A stretch of DNA of 64,000 nt from positions 1,741-65,740 of the forward strand of contig CAWKHU010000008.1 of the NCBI GenBank assembly GCA_963849625.1, in the 5' to 3' direction. Shown here in pieces: positions 1 through 9,518 of the stretch (position 1 is the stretch's first letter; each line of letters begins with the position of its first letter). This stretch comes from an uncultured Actinomycetota bacterium (GTDB lineage Bacteria; Actinomycetota; Actinomycetes; Propionibacteriales; Nocardioidaceae). The notes under the pieces are model-generated. The model was not told where the DNA came from. It was given only the letters and a program-made list of their open reading frames with translations, and did no database searches. Made by a program: the position numbers and the translations under genes.

Positions 1-241
1 CCGGCGTACCGCGAGATCGACTCGCGGAAGAACCCGAACTCCTTCTCGATCGCCTTCTCCAGGGCGCGGTCGAACGTGTCGGCGCCTTGCCGGGCACATC
101 GGCGATCAGGTTGCCCGAAGCGATGTAGGTGGACGACGTCAGTGGCGCCAAGATCCTCCGGCGATCTCGCGCAGGCGAGCCATCGGCAGCTTGCGCGCCA
201 CCGACGTTGACTGCACGCAGCAGGATGATCCGTCTGGCCAT
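1..241 (-). pseudogene. DUF1697 family protein, 5' part, with several frameshifts (runs off window start)
   Basis: Manual translation from ATG at 241 gives MARRIILLRAVNVGG; KLPMARLREIA, EDLGATDV and STYIASGN follow only with frame changes. LRxVNVGG...TYIxSGN is typical of DUF1697. Confidence 0.65.
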
Positions 242-257
242 GCACCAAGTATGTCTC

Positions 258-2279
258 TCAGAGGCGGGCGGCGAGCTCGGTGGCCTGCTTGATGGCGCGC
301 TTGGCGTCGAGCTCGGCTGCCACATCGGCTCCACCGATCACGTGCACCGGCTTGCCCAGCGCCTCAAGGGGCTCGATGAGATCGCGCACGGACTCCTGAC
401 CCGTGCACAGGATGATCGTGTCGACGTCGAGCACACGGCTCTCTTCGCCGTCCTTGCCCAGCCGGATGTGAAGGCCGGCGTCGTCGATGCGGTCGTACGT
501 GACTCCCTTGATCATCTCGACGTCTGAGTCCTTGAGTGTCTGGCGGTGCACCCAGCCACTGGTCTTGCCGAGACCCTTGCCGAGCTCGGTGTCCTTGCGC
601 TGCAGCAGAAACACCTCACGCTTCGGCGGAGCCTTGAGCTTGGTGGCCAGGCCACCCCGCTCGAGCGAGGGGTCGGTGACGCCCCAGCGCTCCATCCAGT
701 GCTCGATCGACTCCTCGGCGTCGTGCAGCAGGAACTCCGAGACGTCGAAGCCGATGCCGCCGGCACCCATCACGGCAACACGTCGGCCGACGGGAGCGCC
801 GTTGCGGATGACTTCCTGGTAGTTGACGACACTCGGGTGGTCGACTCCCGGCAGGGACGGGATGCGGGGCTCGACGCCGGTGGCGACGACGACTTCATCG
901 AAGCCCTCGAGCTGCTCGACCTCAGCGCGTACGCCGAGGTGCAGCTTGACCCCGGCGATCTCCATGCGGCGTGAGTAGTAGCGGATCGTCTCCCTGAACT
1001 CCTCCTTGCCCGGGATCTGCATCGCCAGGCGGAACTGTCCGCCAATCTCGGGCAACGACTCGAACAGCTCGACGCTGTGGCCGCGCCCCGCCAGCTCGGT
1101 GGCGGCGGCGAGCCCGGCCGGCCCGGCGCCCACCACGGCGATGCGCTTGGCCTTGCGGGTCGGCGAGAGGATCAGCGTCGTCTCGTAGCCCGCACGCGGG
1201 TTGACCATGCAGGTTGCGCGCTTGTTCTTGAACGTGTGGTCGAGGCAAGCCTGGTTGCAGGCGATGCACGTGTTGATCTCGTCGGCGCGATCCTCGGCGG
1301 CCTTGTTGACGAAGTGCGGGTCACTCAGCAGCGGTCGCGCCATCGACACCAGGTCAGCTTGGCCGGAGGCGATGATCTCCTCGGCGATCTCGGGGGTGTT
1401 GATGCGGTTGGAGGCCACGACCGGGACCGACACCTCGGGCTTGAGCTTGCCGGTGACCCAGGCGAACGCGCCACGCGGGACCGAGGTGACGATCGTCGGG
1501 ATGCGGGCCTCGTGCCAGCCGATGCCGGTGTTGATGATCGAGACCCCTGCCGACTCGAGCTTCTTGGCCAGCTCGACGGTCTCGTCCCAGCTCTGGGCGT
1601 CGTCGACCAGATCGAGGAGGCTCATGCGATACATCACGATGAAGTCGTCGCCGACGGCCTCGCGTACGCGCTCGACGATCTCAACAGGGAAGCGCATGCG
1701 GTTCTCGGCGCTGCCACCCCAGCGGTCCGAGCGGTTGTTGGTGCGGGCTGTGATCATCTGGTTGATCAGATAGCCCTCGGAGCCCATGATCTCGACGCCG
1801 TCGTAGCCGGCTCGACGGGCGAGGACGGCCGACCTGGCGAAGTCGTTGACCGTGTCGTCGACCTCCTTGGTCGACATCGCCTTGGGCTTGCCGAAGGGCG
1901 TGATCGGCGAAGGCTTCGACGACGCCGCCCGCTTGAACGGGTGATAGCCGTAGCGGCCGGCATGCAGGATCTGCATCGCGATCTTGCCGTCGTGCTCGTG
2001 CACGGCGTCGGTGACGAGACGGTGCTTGTCGGCGAGCTTCTTCGACGTCATCAACGAGCCGAACGGGAGCAGCCAGCCGTGCCGGTTGGGCGCGTAGCCG
2101 CCCGTGACCGAGAGGGCGACGCCACCCTCGGCGCGCTCGGCGAAGTAGGCCGCGAGCTCGGGCAGGTGCTTGGCCCGGTCCTCGAGACCGGTGTGCATCG
2201 AGCCCATGATCACGCGGTTGCGGAGCGTGGTGTGACCGAGGTCGAGCGGCTCGAGCAGGTGCTTGTACGGACTGGTCAT
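258..2279 (-). CDS. fadH: NADPH-dependent 2,4-dienoyl-CoA reductase (FMN/FAD/4Fe-4S)
   Basis: 673 aa; OYE barrel start MGSMHTGLE, GSEGYLINQ, Fe-S motif CIACNQACLDH, GAGPAG, C-terminal AAELDAKRAI. Confidence 0.95.
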   Translation of the reverse strand: MTSPYKHLLEPLDLGHTTLRNRVIMGSMHTGLEDRAKHLPELAAYFAERAEGGVALSVTGGYAPNRHGWLLPFGSLMTSKKLADKHRLVTDAVHEHDGKIAMQILHAGRYGYHPFKRAASSKPSPITPFGKPKAMSTKEVDDTVNDFARSAVLARRAGYDGVEIMGSEGYLINQMITARTNNRSDRWGGSAENRMRFPVEIVERVREAVGDDFIVMYRMSLLDLVDDAQSWDETVELAKKLESAGVSIINTGIGWHEARIPTIVTSVPRGAFAWVTGKLKPEVSVPVVASNRINTPEIAEEIIASGQADLVSMARPLLSDPHFVNKAAEDRADEINTCIACNQACLDHTFKNKRATCMVNPRAGYETTLILSPTRKAKRIAVVGAGPAGLAAATELAGRGHSVELFESLPEIGGQFRLAMQIPGKEEFRETIRYYSRRMEIAGVKLHLGVRAEVEQLEGFDEVVVATGVEPRIPSLPGVDHPSVVNYQEVIRNGAPVGRRVAVMGAGGIGFDVSEFLLHDAEESIEHWMERWGVTDPSLERGGLATKLKAPPKREVFLLQRKDTELGKGLGKTSGWVHRQTLKDSDVEMIKGVTYDRIDDAGLHIRLGKDGEESRVLDVDTIILCTGQESVRDLIEPLEALGKPVHVIGGADVAAELDAKRAIKQATELAARL

Positions 2280-2674
2280 GCGGTTTCTCCTGAAGCTTCG
2301 GCGACGATCTGGTCGAACTGGGCCGCCATCGCGGTGGCGAGGGCGTTGGCGCCGGAGAGCGGGCGGACCATCACGGTCAGCTCGCTGATGAGCCCGGCGT
2401 CATTCGTACGTATGAGGTCGATGCCGTTGACGCTGACTCCGTCGACGATGGTCTCGAAGACCAGCGCCGACCCCGCACCGTCGGCGTCCTCGAGCTCGCG
2501 GACGTACCGGAACTCGGTGAACACCCGGCCGACACCTCGAAGGATCGCGGCCACGATCGGCTTGCCGTCGTACGGCTTGAACGCGACGGGGCTGCGGAAC
2601 ACGACGTCATCGGCGAGCAGCTCGCCCAGTCCGTCGAAGTCGCCTGCCTCAACGGCAGCGCGGAACTCCTTCAT
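2276..2674 (-). CDS. NTF2/SnoaL-like protein
   Basis: 132 aa; LADDVVFRSP...ELTVMVRPLS pattern; overlaps the fadH start by 4 nt. Confidence 0.85.
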   Translation of the reverse strand: MKEFRAAVEAGDFDGLGELLADDVVFRSPVAFKPYDGKPIVAAILRGVGRVFTEFRYVRELEDADGAGSALVFETIVDGVSVNGIDLIRTNDAGLISELTVMVRPLSGANALATAMAAQFDQIVAEASGETA

Positions 2675-2700
2675 GAAATCTCCTGTGATGGGATGAGGGC

Positions 2701-2937
2701 GTGATCTCCAAGACGGCTGCCCGGTTCCTGATCGTCGCGGGCGTGTTCAACGTGGTGATCTGGCCGCGATTCGCCAAGGCGATCGTGGACGATGACCGGG
2801 CGTGGGCCGGCGAGCACTGGCACAGCGTCCCGCAGGCGTTCTTCTGGGTGCACGCCGTGCTCATCACGACGGCGATCGTGATCGGTCTGGGTGTGGTGGT
2901 GGTCGGCGTACGTGCTCATCGCTCCCCCAGCCGTTGA
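2701..2937 (+). CDS. SCO4848-family small membrane protein
   Basis: 78 aa, two hydrophobic helices, FNVVIWPRF and FFWVHAVL motifs. Confidence 0.7.
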   Translation: MISKTAARFLIVAGVFNVVIWPRFAKAIVDDDRAWAGEHWHSVPQAFFWVHAVLITTAIVIGLGVVVVGVRAHRSPSR

Positions 2938-3452
2938 ATGATCTCGTCGCACCAGTCGATGCCGCCCTGCTCCACGAGCATGCCGCCCCGAAGCACGAGC
3001 CATGCACCCACGGCGTCGTCGGCGATGGCGGCCGGATCGGGATAGAACCGGTTCGCGCTCTCCTCGTAGTAGGCGAGCTGGTCAAGATGGGCCTGGCGTC
3101 GTGCCCGTACGTCGGCGACGATCGCTTTGGCATCGCCGAACGGAAGTGCACGGAGCTTGACCGCCAGCTCGCTGCGGAGTGCCTCCACCGGCGTCGGTAC
3201 TGACGTCCATCGGTGCAGCTCGCCGCGTCCGTCAGCGGTGATCGAGTAGACCTTCTTGTCCGGCCGGCTGTCCTGGGCCACGAGGTGCGACTCGACCCAT
3301 GCGTCGGCCTCCATGCGGCCGAGCACCTTGTAGATCTGCTGGTGGCTGGCCTTCCAGAAATGGCCGATGGAGGCGTCGAAACGACGCGCGAGGTCGTAGC
3401 CCGACGCAGACTTCTCCGCGAGGGACACCAAGATTGCGTGCTCCAGAGCCAC
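2916..3452 (-). CDS. PadR family transcriptional regulator
   Basis: ALEHAILVSL...SGYDL...WKASHQQIY...RPDKKVY winged-HTH signature. Confidence 0.92.
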   Translation of the reverse strand: MALEHAILVSLAEKSASGYDLARRFDASIGHFWKASHQQIYKVLGRMEADAWVESHLVAQDSRPDKKVYSITADGRGELHRWTSVPTPVEALRSELAVKLRALPFGDAKAIVADVRARRQAHLDQLAYYEESANRFYPDPAAIADDAVGAWLVLRGGMLVEQGGIDWCDEIIQRLGER

Positions 3453-3464
3453 GCGCCGACCGTA

Positions 3465-3499
3465 CTATGCAACGAGGTGCTATGCAACTAGTTGCCTAT
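3465..3499. promoter_or_regulatory. Putative PadR operator
   Basis: CTATGCAAC at 3465 and 3480; near-perfect palindrome TATGCAACTAGTTGCCTA at 3481-3498 just upstream of the padR start. Confidence 0.6.
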
Positions 3500-4543
3500 A
3501 GCGATCCCTTCCCTTGCGAGGCTGCGGGCCACACCGCGTGCGGCGACGCGCCCCGCCCGGTTGGCGCCGATCGTGCTCGCGGAGGGGCCGTAGCCGACGA
3601 GCTGAACGCGCGGATCGGCCACGGCCGTGGTTCCGTCGAGCTGGATGCCTCCGAGCGGGCTGCGCAGCCGCAGCGGCGCCAGGTGATCGGTCGCCGGCCT
3701 GAATCCGGTCGCCCACAGGATCACGTCGACGCGCTCGAAGGCGCCGTCGGACCAGCGCACGCCGTCGGGCTCGATGCGGGCGAACATCGGGCGGCGTTCG
3801 TACGCGCCGAGGCGCTCGGCCTCACGCTCCTGCTCGCGGAGCATCAGCCCGGTCACGCTGACGACACTCCGCGGTGGGAGGCCCTGGCGTACGCGCTCCT
3901 CGACCTTGGCCACGACCTCGCGGCCGATCTCGGCGTTGAACTCTCCCGTCCTCCAGACCGGTTCTCGCCGGGTGACCCAGATCGTGTCGGTCAGCGGGCG
4001 GATCGCCCCGAGGAACTGAACGGCGGAGGCCCCGCCTCCCACCACGAGCACCCGTTTGCCGCGGAAGTGCTCTGGCCCGGGGTAGTCGACGGTGTGCAGC
4101 TGCTCACCGACGAAGGTCTCGGCGCCCGGGTAGTAGGGGATGAACGGGTGGCTCCAGGTGCCGGTTGCGCTGACGATCGTGCGCGCCAGCCACTGTCGGT
4201 CGCCGGCCTCGACCTTCAGCAGGCCGTCGTCGTCGCTCACGGCGGTCACCGCGACCGGACGGATCACGGGCAGGCGCATCTGCTCCTCGTACGCGGAGAA
4301 GTACGCGGGCACGAACTCGTTGGCGCGCTGATCGTCGGCTGCTTCGGGGATCGGCTCCCCCGGGAGGTCGGCGACTCGGTGCACGTCGTGCATCGTCAAT
4401 GCGTCCCATCGATGCTGCCACGCGCCACCAGCGGCGCGGTTGGCGTCCAGGACGACGTGATCGATGCCGCGCTTGGTCAGGTGGTACGACGAGGAGAGCC
4501 CAGCCTGGCCTGCGCCGATGACCACCGAGTCGAGGATCTCCAC
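3488..4543 (-). CDS. NAD(P)/FAD-dependent oxidoreductase, flavin monooxygenase-like
   Basis: GAGQAG, FxGxxxHxxxY (FVGEQLHTVDY), second Rossmann GGGASA, WATGF. Confidence 0.85.
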   Translation of the reverse strand: MEILDSVVIGAGQAGLSSSYHLTKRGIDHVVLDANRAAGGAWQHRWDALTMHDVHRVADLPGEPIPEAADDQRANEFVPAYFSAYEEQMRLPVIRPVAVTAVSDDDGLLKVEAGDRQWLARTIVSATGTWSHPFIPYYPGAETFVGEQLHTVDYPGPEHFRGKRVLVVGGGASAVQFLGAIRPLTDTIWVTRREPVWRTGEFNAEIGREVVAKVEERVRQGLPPRSVVSVTGLMLREQEREAERLGAYERRPMFARIEPDGVRWSDGAFERVDVILWATGFRPATDHLAPLRLRSPLGGIQLDGTTAVADPRVQLVGYGPSASTIGANRAGRVAARGVARSLAREGIAIGN

Positions 4544-4578
4544 ACTGGGTTCAACGTGAAACCCCGCGCGGGTATGCC

Positions 4579-5388
4579 CTAGGCCGCCTGGCTCTTCTCG
4601 ATGCTGGCGGCGTCAACGGTGTTCTCGATGACCCGCACGATCAGCTCCGGGTCATCGATCATCGGCACGTGGCCGCAGTGCGGCAAGGCGACGTGCGTGG
4701 CCTCGGGCAGGCGCTCCTGGGCGATCGCCGACGAACCGTACGGAAGGATCAAGTCGCGGGTGCCCCACGCGATCGTGGTCGGCACGGGGATCTTGAGCCT
4801 GAACGAGTAGCGCACGCCCGACAGGATCGTCCGCTCGAACCCGGTGCACCGTTTGAGGCACTGGGCGTCGCCGTACACCTCATCGGCGGTGAAACGATCC
4901 GGGTTCACGTAGAGCGTGCTGCCGGCGAGCTTGCGACCCCAGGCCTGCCGCGACACGAAGCGCAGGACGCTGTCGGGCAGCTTGCTGGTGAGCCGCAGCA
5001 TGATCAGGAGCACGAAGGTCTGTACGCGATTGAGGACGCCGAAGAAACCAGCCGGGCTCAACGCAGTGACCGAGCTGACCACGCCGCGAGCTCCGAGCTC
5101 GAGCGCAATCGCGCCACCGAGCGAGTTGCCCACGACGTGCGGCTTGTCGACGCCCCAGGCTTGGAAGTTGTCGGTGAGGTTGTCGACCGCGTTGGGCATG
5201 TTGTACTTCACGCCCTCGGGATAGGCCGCGGACTCACCAAATCCGGCAAGGTCGACGGCGATCACGTCGTAGGACTCGGCCAGCCGCTCGAACACGGGGT
5301 TCCACGCCTGGCGGCGGTGGCCGATCCCGTGGATGAGGACGAGCGGTTCGCCGGAGCCCTTGCGGGTGTAGGCAAGTTCGGAGTGCAT
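4579..5388 (-). CDS. Alpha/beta fold hydrolase
   Basis: HGIG, GNSLGG nucleophile elbow, CGHVP; start set at MHSELAY (ATG 5388). Confidence 0.88.
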   Translation of the reverse strand: MHSELAYTRKGSGEPLVLIHGIGHRRQAWNPVFERLAESYDVIAVDLAGFGESAAYPEGVKYNMPNAVDNLTDNFQAWGVDKPHVVGNSLGGAIALELGARGVVSSVTALSPAGFFGVLNRVQTFVLLIMLRLTSKLPDSVLRFVSRQAWGRKLAGSTLYVNPDRFTADEVYGDAQCLKRCTGFERTILSGVRYSFRLKIPVPTTIAWGTRDLILPYGSSAIAQERLPEATHVALPHCGHVPMIDDPELIVRVIENTVDAASIEKSQAA

Positions 5389-5458
5389 GTGCGGTCCCTT
5401 CCAAGAACGTGACACCCATGATGACACATTCGCGTACCGACGGTATGCGAGCGACAAC

Positions 5459-5487
5459 TTGAACCGTGACAGTACAACTGTCACAAT
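5459..5487 (+). promoter_or_regulatory. Promoter TTGAAC-N17-CACAAT with operator GTGACAG-N5-CTGTCAC
   Basis: Palindrome at 5466-5484 within the promoter; the -10 box ends 7 nt before the GTG at 5494 (leaderless geometry); same motif recurs at 11254-11282. Confidence 0.6.
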
Positions 5488-5493
5488 CACGCA

Positions 5494-6654
5494 GTGACCA
5501 CATCAACTGGACCTCTCGCGGGCGTACGCGTCGTCGAGCTCGTCGGCATCGGGCCTGGCCCGTTCGCCGGCATGCTCCTTGCTGACCTCGGCGCTGACGT
5601 CATTCGGGTCGATCGACCCGGGGGCAACGCCCTGCAGGTCTCCGTACCCGAGAAGGACATCCTCGCCCGCGGTCGGCCGTCAGTTGCCGTCAACCTCAAG
5701 GATCCACGTGGTGTCGAGGTGGTCCTCGACCTGGTCGAGAAGGCCGACGTCCTCATCGAGGGTTTCCGACCCGGCGTCACCGAGCGACTCGGCCTGGGGC
5801 CGGAGAAGTGCTTTGCCCGCAACCCGCAGCTCGTCTACGGACGGATGACCGGATGGGGCCAGGACGGACCGCTCGCGCACACCGCCGGTCACGACATCAA
5901 CTACATCGCAGTGGCCGGTGCGCTCGACACGATCGGCCGCGTCGGTGGCCCGCCGCAGATCCCGCTCAACCTGCTCGGTGACTTCGCCGGTGGATCGATG
6001 TACCTCGTCACCGGAGTCCTGGCCGCACTCGTCCATGCACGCGCGGGCGGCAAGGGCCAGATTGTCGACGCGGCCATCACCGACGGAGTCGCGCACCTGC
6101 TCGCGATGCCGATCGGGATGATGCAGGTCGGCTCATGGAACGCAGACCGCGGCACCAACCTGCTCGACTCTGGTGCTCCGGTCTACGACGTGTACGAGAC
6201 GTCCGACGGACGCTGGATGTCGGTCGGCCCGCTCGAGCCGCAGTTCTACGTCGCCATGGAAGAGGTGCTCAAGTCCGCGATCCCCGGTCTTGAGCTGCCG
6301 GACCGCTGGGAGCTGGAGCAGTGGCCTGCGCTCAGGAAGGCGCTCGACGAGGCGTTCCGCACCAAGACTCAAGCCGAGTGGACCGCCCTGTTCGACGGCA
6401 CCGACTCCTGCGTGGCACCCGTCATGCCGATCGACGAAGCGGCGCAGCACCCGCACAACGTTGCACGCGGCACGTACGTCGAGCACGACGGGCTCCTGCA
6501 GCCGGCACCCGCACCGCGTTTCTCCGAGACTCCCGCAAGCCTCACGACCCCGCCGGTGAAGGCCGGCACCAACACCGCCGAGGCACTCGCTGCCTGGGGC
6601 ATCAATGACATCGAAACACTGATAGCCGACGGCGTCGCCGTTCAGGCCGACTGA
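5494..6654 (+). CDS. CaiB/BaiF family III CoA-transferase (alpha-methylacyl-CoA racemase-like)
   Basis: GPLAGVRVVEL, GIGPGPF, GFRPGVTERLG, AGHDINY, GDFAGG. Confidence 0.92.
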   Translation: MTTSTGPLAGVRVVELVGIGPGPFAGMLLADLGADVIRVDRPGGNALQVSVPEKDILARGRPSVAVNLKDPRGVEVVLDLVEKADVLIEGFRPGVTERLGLGPEKCFARNPQLVYGRMTGWGQDGPLAHTAGHDINYIAVAGALDTIGRVGGPPQIPLNLLGDFAGGSMYLVTGVLAALVHARAGGKGQIVDAAITDGVAHLLAMPIGMMQVGSWNADRGTNLLDSGAPVYDVYETSDGRWMSVGPLEPQFYVAMEEVLKSAIPGLELPDRWELEQWPALRKALDEAFRTKTQAEWTALFDGTDSCVAPVMPIDEAAQHPHNVARGTYVEHDGLLQPAPAPRFSETPASLTTPPVKAGTNTAEALAAWGINDIETLIADGVAVQAD

Positions 6655-6665
6655 GAGAGCAACCA

Positions 6666-7808
6666 ATGAAGCGCACCATTTTCGAAGCCGACCACGACGC
6701 GTTCCGCGACACCGTACGAGCGTTCTGCGAGAAGGAGATCGCTCCCCACCACGAGCAGTGGGAGAAGGACTCGATCGTTCCCCGTGATGTCTGGACCAAG
6801 GCCGGCGAGCTGGGCCTGCTCGGCTTCATGATGCCGGAGGAGTTCGGCGGCGGCGGCATGAACGACTTTCGCTTCAACGCGATTCTGCAGGAGGAGATCA
6901 CCAAGGTCGGCGGCAGTGGCGTCGGCTTCGCGATCCAGACCGACCTCGTCTCCGGCTACCTGCTGAAGTACTGCAACGACGAGCAGAAGGCGCGCTGGTT
7001 CCCAAAGTTCTGTACCGGAGAAATGATCACGGCGATCGCGATGACCGAGCCGGGCACCGGGTCTGACCTCCAGGGCATCCAGACATCAGCCGTCAAGGAC
7101 GGCGACGAGTATGTGATCAATGGCTCGAAGACGTTCATCACCAACGGCATCAACGCAGACTTCGTGATCGTCGTCGCCAAGACCGACCCCGAAGCCGGAG
7201 CCCTGGGCTTCTCTCTGATCGCCGTCGAACGCGACGCTGAAGGATTTCAGCGCGGCCGCAACCTCGACAAGATGGGCCTCAAGGCGCAGGACACGGCCGA
7301 GCTGTTCTTCGACAACTGCCGGGTGCCAACGTCGAACCTGCTCGGCGAAGAGGGCCAGGGGTTCATCTATCTGATGGACAACCTGCCCCAGGAGCGCATG
7401 ACGATCTCGGTCGTCGCTGCCGCGGCCTGCCGCCAGATGATCGACATGACGGTTGATTATGTGAAGGAGCGCAAGGCGTTCGGCAAGCCGATCGGCTCGT
7501 TCCAGAACAGCCGCTTCGTGCTGGCCGAGCTCGAGACCGAGCAGCAGATCGCTCAGGCCTTTGTCGACAAGTCGATCAGCGAGCTCAACGCCGGCAACCT
7601 GACCGTTGCCGAGGCCGCGATGGGCAAGTGGTGGACGACGGAGCTGCAGAAGAAGACGGCCGACCAGTGCCTGCAGCTTTTCGGCGGGTACGGCTACATG
7701 AGCGAGTACCCCATCTCCAAGGCGTACCTCGACACTCGAATCCAGACGATCTACGGCGGCACGACCGAGATCATGAAGGAGATCATCGGCCGAGGGATGG
7801 GCCTCTAG
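6666..7808 (+). CDS. Acyl-CoA dehydrogenase (long-chain type)
   Basis: AMTEPGTGSDL, GSKTFITNG, QLFGGYGYM, IYGGTTEIMK. Confidence 0.95.
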   Translation: MKRTIFEADHDAFRDTVRAFCEKEIAPHHEQWEKDSIVPRDVWTKAGELGLLGFMMPEEFGGGGMNDFRFNAILQEEITKVGGSGVGFAIQTDLVSGYLLKYCNDEQKARWFPKFCTGEMITAIAMTEPGTGSDLQGIQTSAVKDGDEYVINGSKTFITNGINADFVIVVAKTDPEAGALGFSLIAVERDAEGFQRGRNLDKMGLKAQDTAELFFDNCRVPTSNLLGEEGQGFIYLMDNLPQERMTISVVAAAACRQMIDMTVDYVKERKAFGKPIGSFQNSRFVLAELETEQQIAQAFVDKSISELNAGNLTVAEAAMGKWWTTELQKKTADQCLQLFGGYGYMSEYPISKAYLDTRIQTIYGGTTEIMKEIIGRGMGL

Positions 7809-7817
7809 GATCTCCGC

Positions 7818-8738
7818 ATGCCTGACATAGAACGACCGCTGCTCGAAGGTTCGGTGGCCGTCCGCGGCGGCAGGCGCCTGTCTTTTGCAGAGTTTGGCAC
7901 CCCTCGCGGCGCAGCCATCATCTGGATGCACGGCACTCCTGGCGCTCGTCGCCAGGTGCCGATCGAAGCCAGGCGCTACGCCGTGGAGCAGGACCTCCGC
8001 ATCATTGGCGTTGATCGGCCCGGAATTGGAACGTCAACACCTCACCTCTACGACAACGTGCTCGACTGGACTGGCGATCTGTCTGTGATGGCAGATCACC
8101 TGGGCATCGACGCGATGCGGGTCATTGGTCTGTCGGGCGGGGGCCCGTATGCACTTGCGGCAGGGGCTGCGCTCCCGGAACGGGTGCACGGAGTCGGCGT
8201 TCTTGGGGGAGTTGCGCCGAGGGTGGGCAAGGATGCCATTGGCGGAGGCCTACCGGCGCTCGCTCCCATTGCTGCTCCGGTGATCAGCGCTACCCGAGTG
8301 CCTCTCAGCTATCTTCTCGCCGCTGCAATTCGGGTCGTTCGCCCGCTTGGCGGCCTGGCGCTGGACACCTACGCCGCCATGCAGCCCCGGGGGGACAAGG
8401 AACTTCTGGCCCGCCCTGAATTCAAGGCGATGTTTCTTGACGACCTGCTCAATGGGGCGCGGTTTCAGGTGGGTGCGCCACTGGCCGACATTGTGTTGTT
8501 CAACAGACACTGGGGCTTCGAGCTGACCGAAGTCGCTGCGCCGGTGCGATGGTGGCATGGCGACGCTGACCACATCATTCCCCACCGTCACGGAGTCCAT
8601 TGCTCCGAGCGCTTGCCGAACGCGACCTTTTCAACGATCGATGGCGAGTCTCACCTGGGTGGGATGGGAGCCGCCGCTGAGGCGCTCAGCGCACTGATGG
8701 CCCTGGGTCCACGCAGTACGCGACGCGCTTCGCGCTAG
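7818..8738 (+). CDS. Alpha/beta hydrolase
   Basis: HGTPG, DRPGIG, GLSGGGPY, WHGDAD, ESH. Confidence 0.88.
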   Translation: MPDIERPLLEGSVAVRGGRRLSFAEFGTPRGAAIIWMHGTPGARRQVPIEARRYAVEQDLRIIGVDRPGIGTSTPHLYDNVLDWTGDLSVMADHLGIDAMRVIGLSGGGPYALAAGAALPERVHGVGVLGGVAPRVGKDAIGGGLPALAPIAAPVISATRVPLSYLLAAAIRVVRPLGGLALDTYAAMQPRGDKELLARPEFKAMFLDDLLNGARFQVGAPLADIVLFNRHWGFELTEVAAPVRWWHGDADHIIPHRHGVHCSERLPNATFSTIDGESHLGGMGAAAEALSALMALGPRSTRRASR

Positions 8739-9451
8739 GACCTTCTGCGGATCGTCTCGCGCTTGGCCTCGTCGACGGCGGTCTCGTACGCCGTCACGAG
8801 CGCCTGGATGGTCAGCGGCTTGAAGCGCTCGATCATCGTGGTGATCGCCTCGGGTGGCTGCCCCGACGACTTCAGGTGCGGCCAGACGGTCGTACGGAAC
8901 AGCTCGGTGAGCTCGGCTGCCATGGCCTGGCCGTGCTCGGTGATGATCCGTCGAGAGGCCAGGGCAGCCTCCGTCGGCAGCCCCACGTCGAGGAACTGCA
9001 CACCGACGGCGAGGTGGGCGGGTGCGACCTGGAAGACGTCGTCGACCGGCGTCGGCTCGATCACGCCGAGCGCGACGAGCAGCTCGAGGTCGTCGTCGGA
9101 CAGCTCTCGTCCCGTCCGCTTGAGCAGCTCGGGGCGGGTGACGGTCTCGGGCAGGTCGGGCATCCACGGCGCCAGCAACGTGCGATGCAACGCCACCTGC
9201 TCCGGAGTCGCGTCACCGGGAATGTTCTCGAGGTAACCCTCGATCGCCGACAGGGTGAAGCCGTGGGCCTGCAGCTCGCGCACGAGCTCGAGCCTGGCGA
9301 GGTGGTCCGGGCCGTAGTAGCCGTTGCGACCTTCGCGACGCGGCGGAGGGATCAGTCCGCGGCCGGCATAGAAGCGAACCGTGCGCACCGTCATGCCCAC
9401 GCGATCGGCGAGCTGCTCAACACTCAACGTCTCGACGGGTGCGGGGTTCAT
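8735..9451 (-). CDS. MerR family transcriptional regulator
   Basis: QLADRVGMTVRTVRFYAGRGLIPPP HTH; start set at MNPAPVET (9451). Confidence 0.9.
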   Translation of the reverse strand: MNPAPVETLSVEQLADRVGMTVRTVRFYAGRGLIPPPRREGRNGYYGPDHLARLELVRELQAHGFTLSAIEGYLENIPGDATPEQVALHRTLLAPWMPDLPETVTRPELLKRTGRELSDDDLELLVALGVIEPTPVDDVFQVAPAHLAVGVQFLDVGLPTEAALASRRIITEHGQAMAAELTELFRTTVWPHLKSSGQPPEAITTMIERFKPLTIQALVTAYETAVDEAKRETIRRRS

Positions 9452-9518
9452 GCCCACGACAGTATTGCAATCCTCCGAGTTATCCTCGTGTGGACTTTGC
9501 TCCGACGGATGGATCCCG

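Noticed and set aside
1-241. Multiple frameshifts in the DUF1697 gene as real decay or recoding
   Set aside because: Dense indels at the sequence edge are better explained by poor consensus quality; cannot be resolved without reads.
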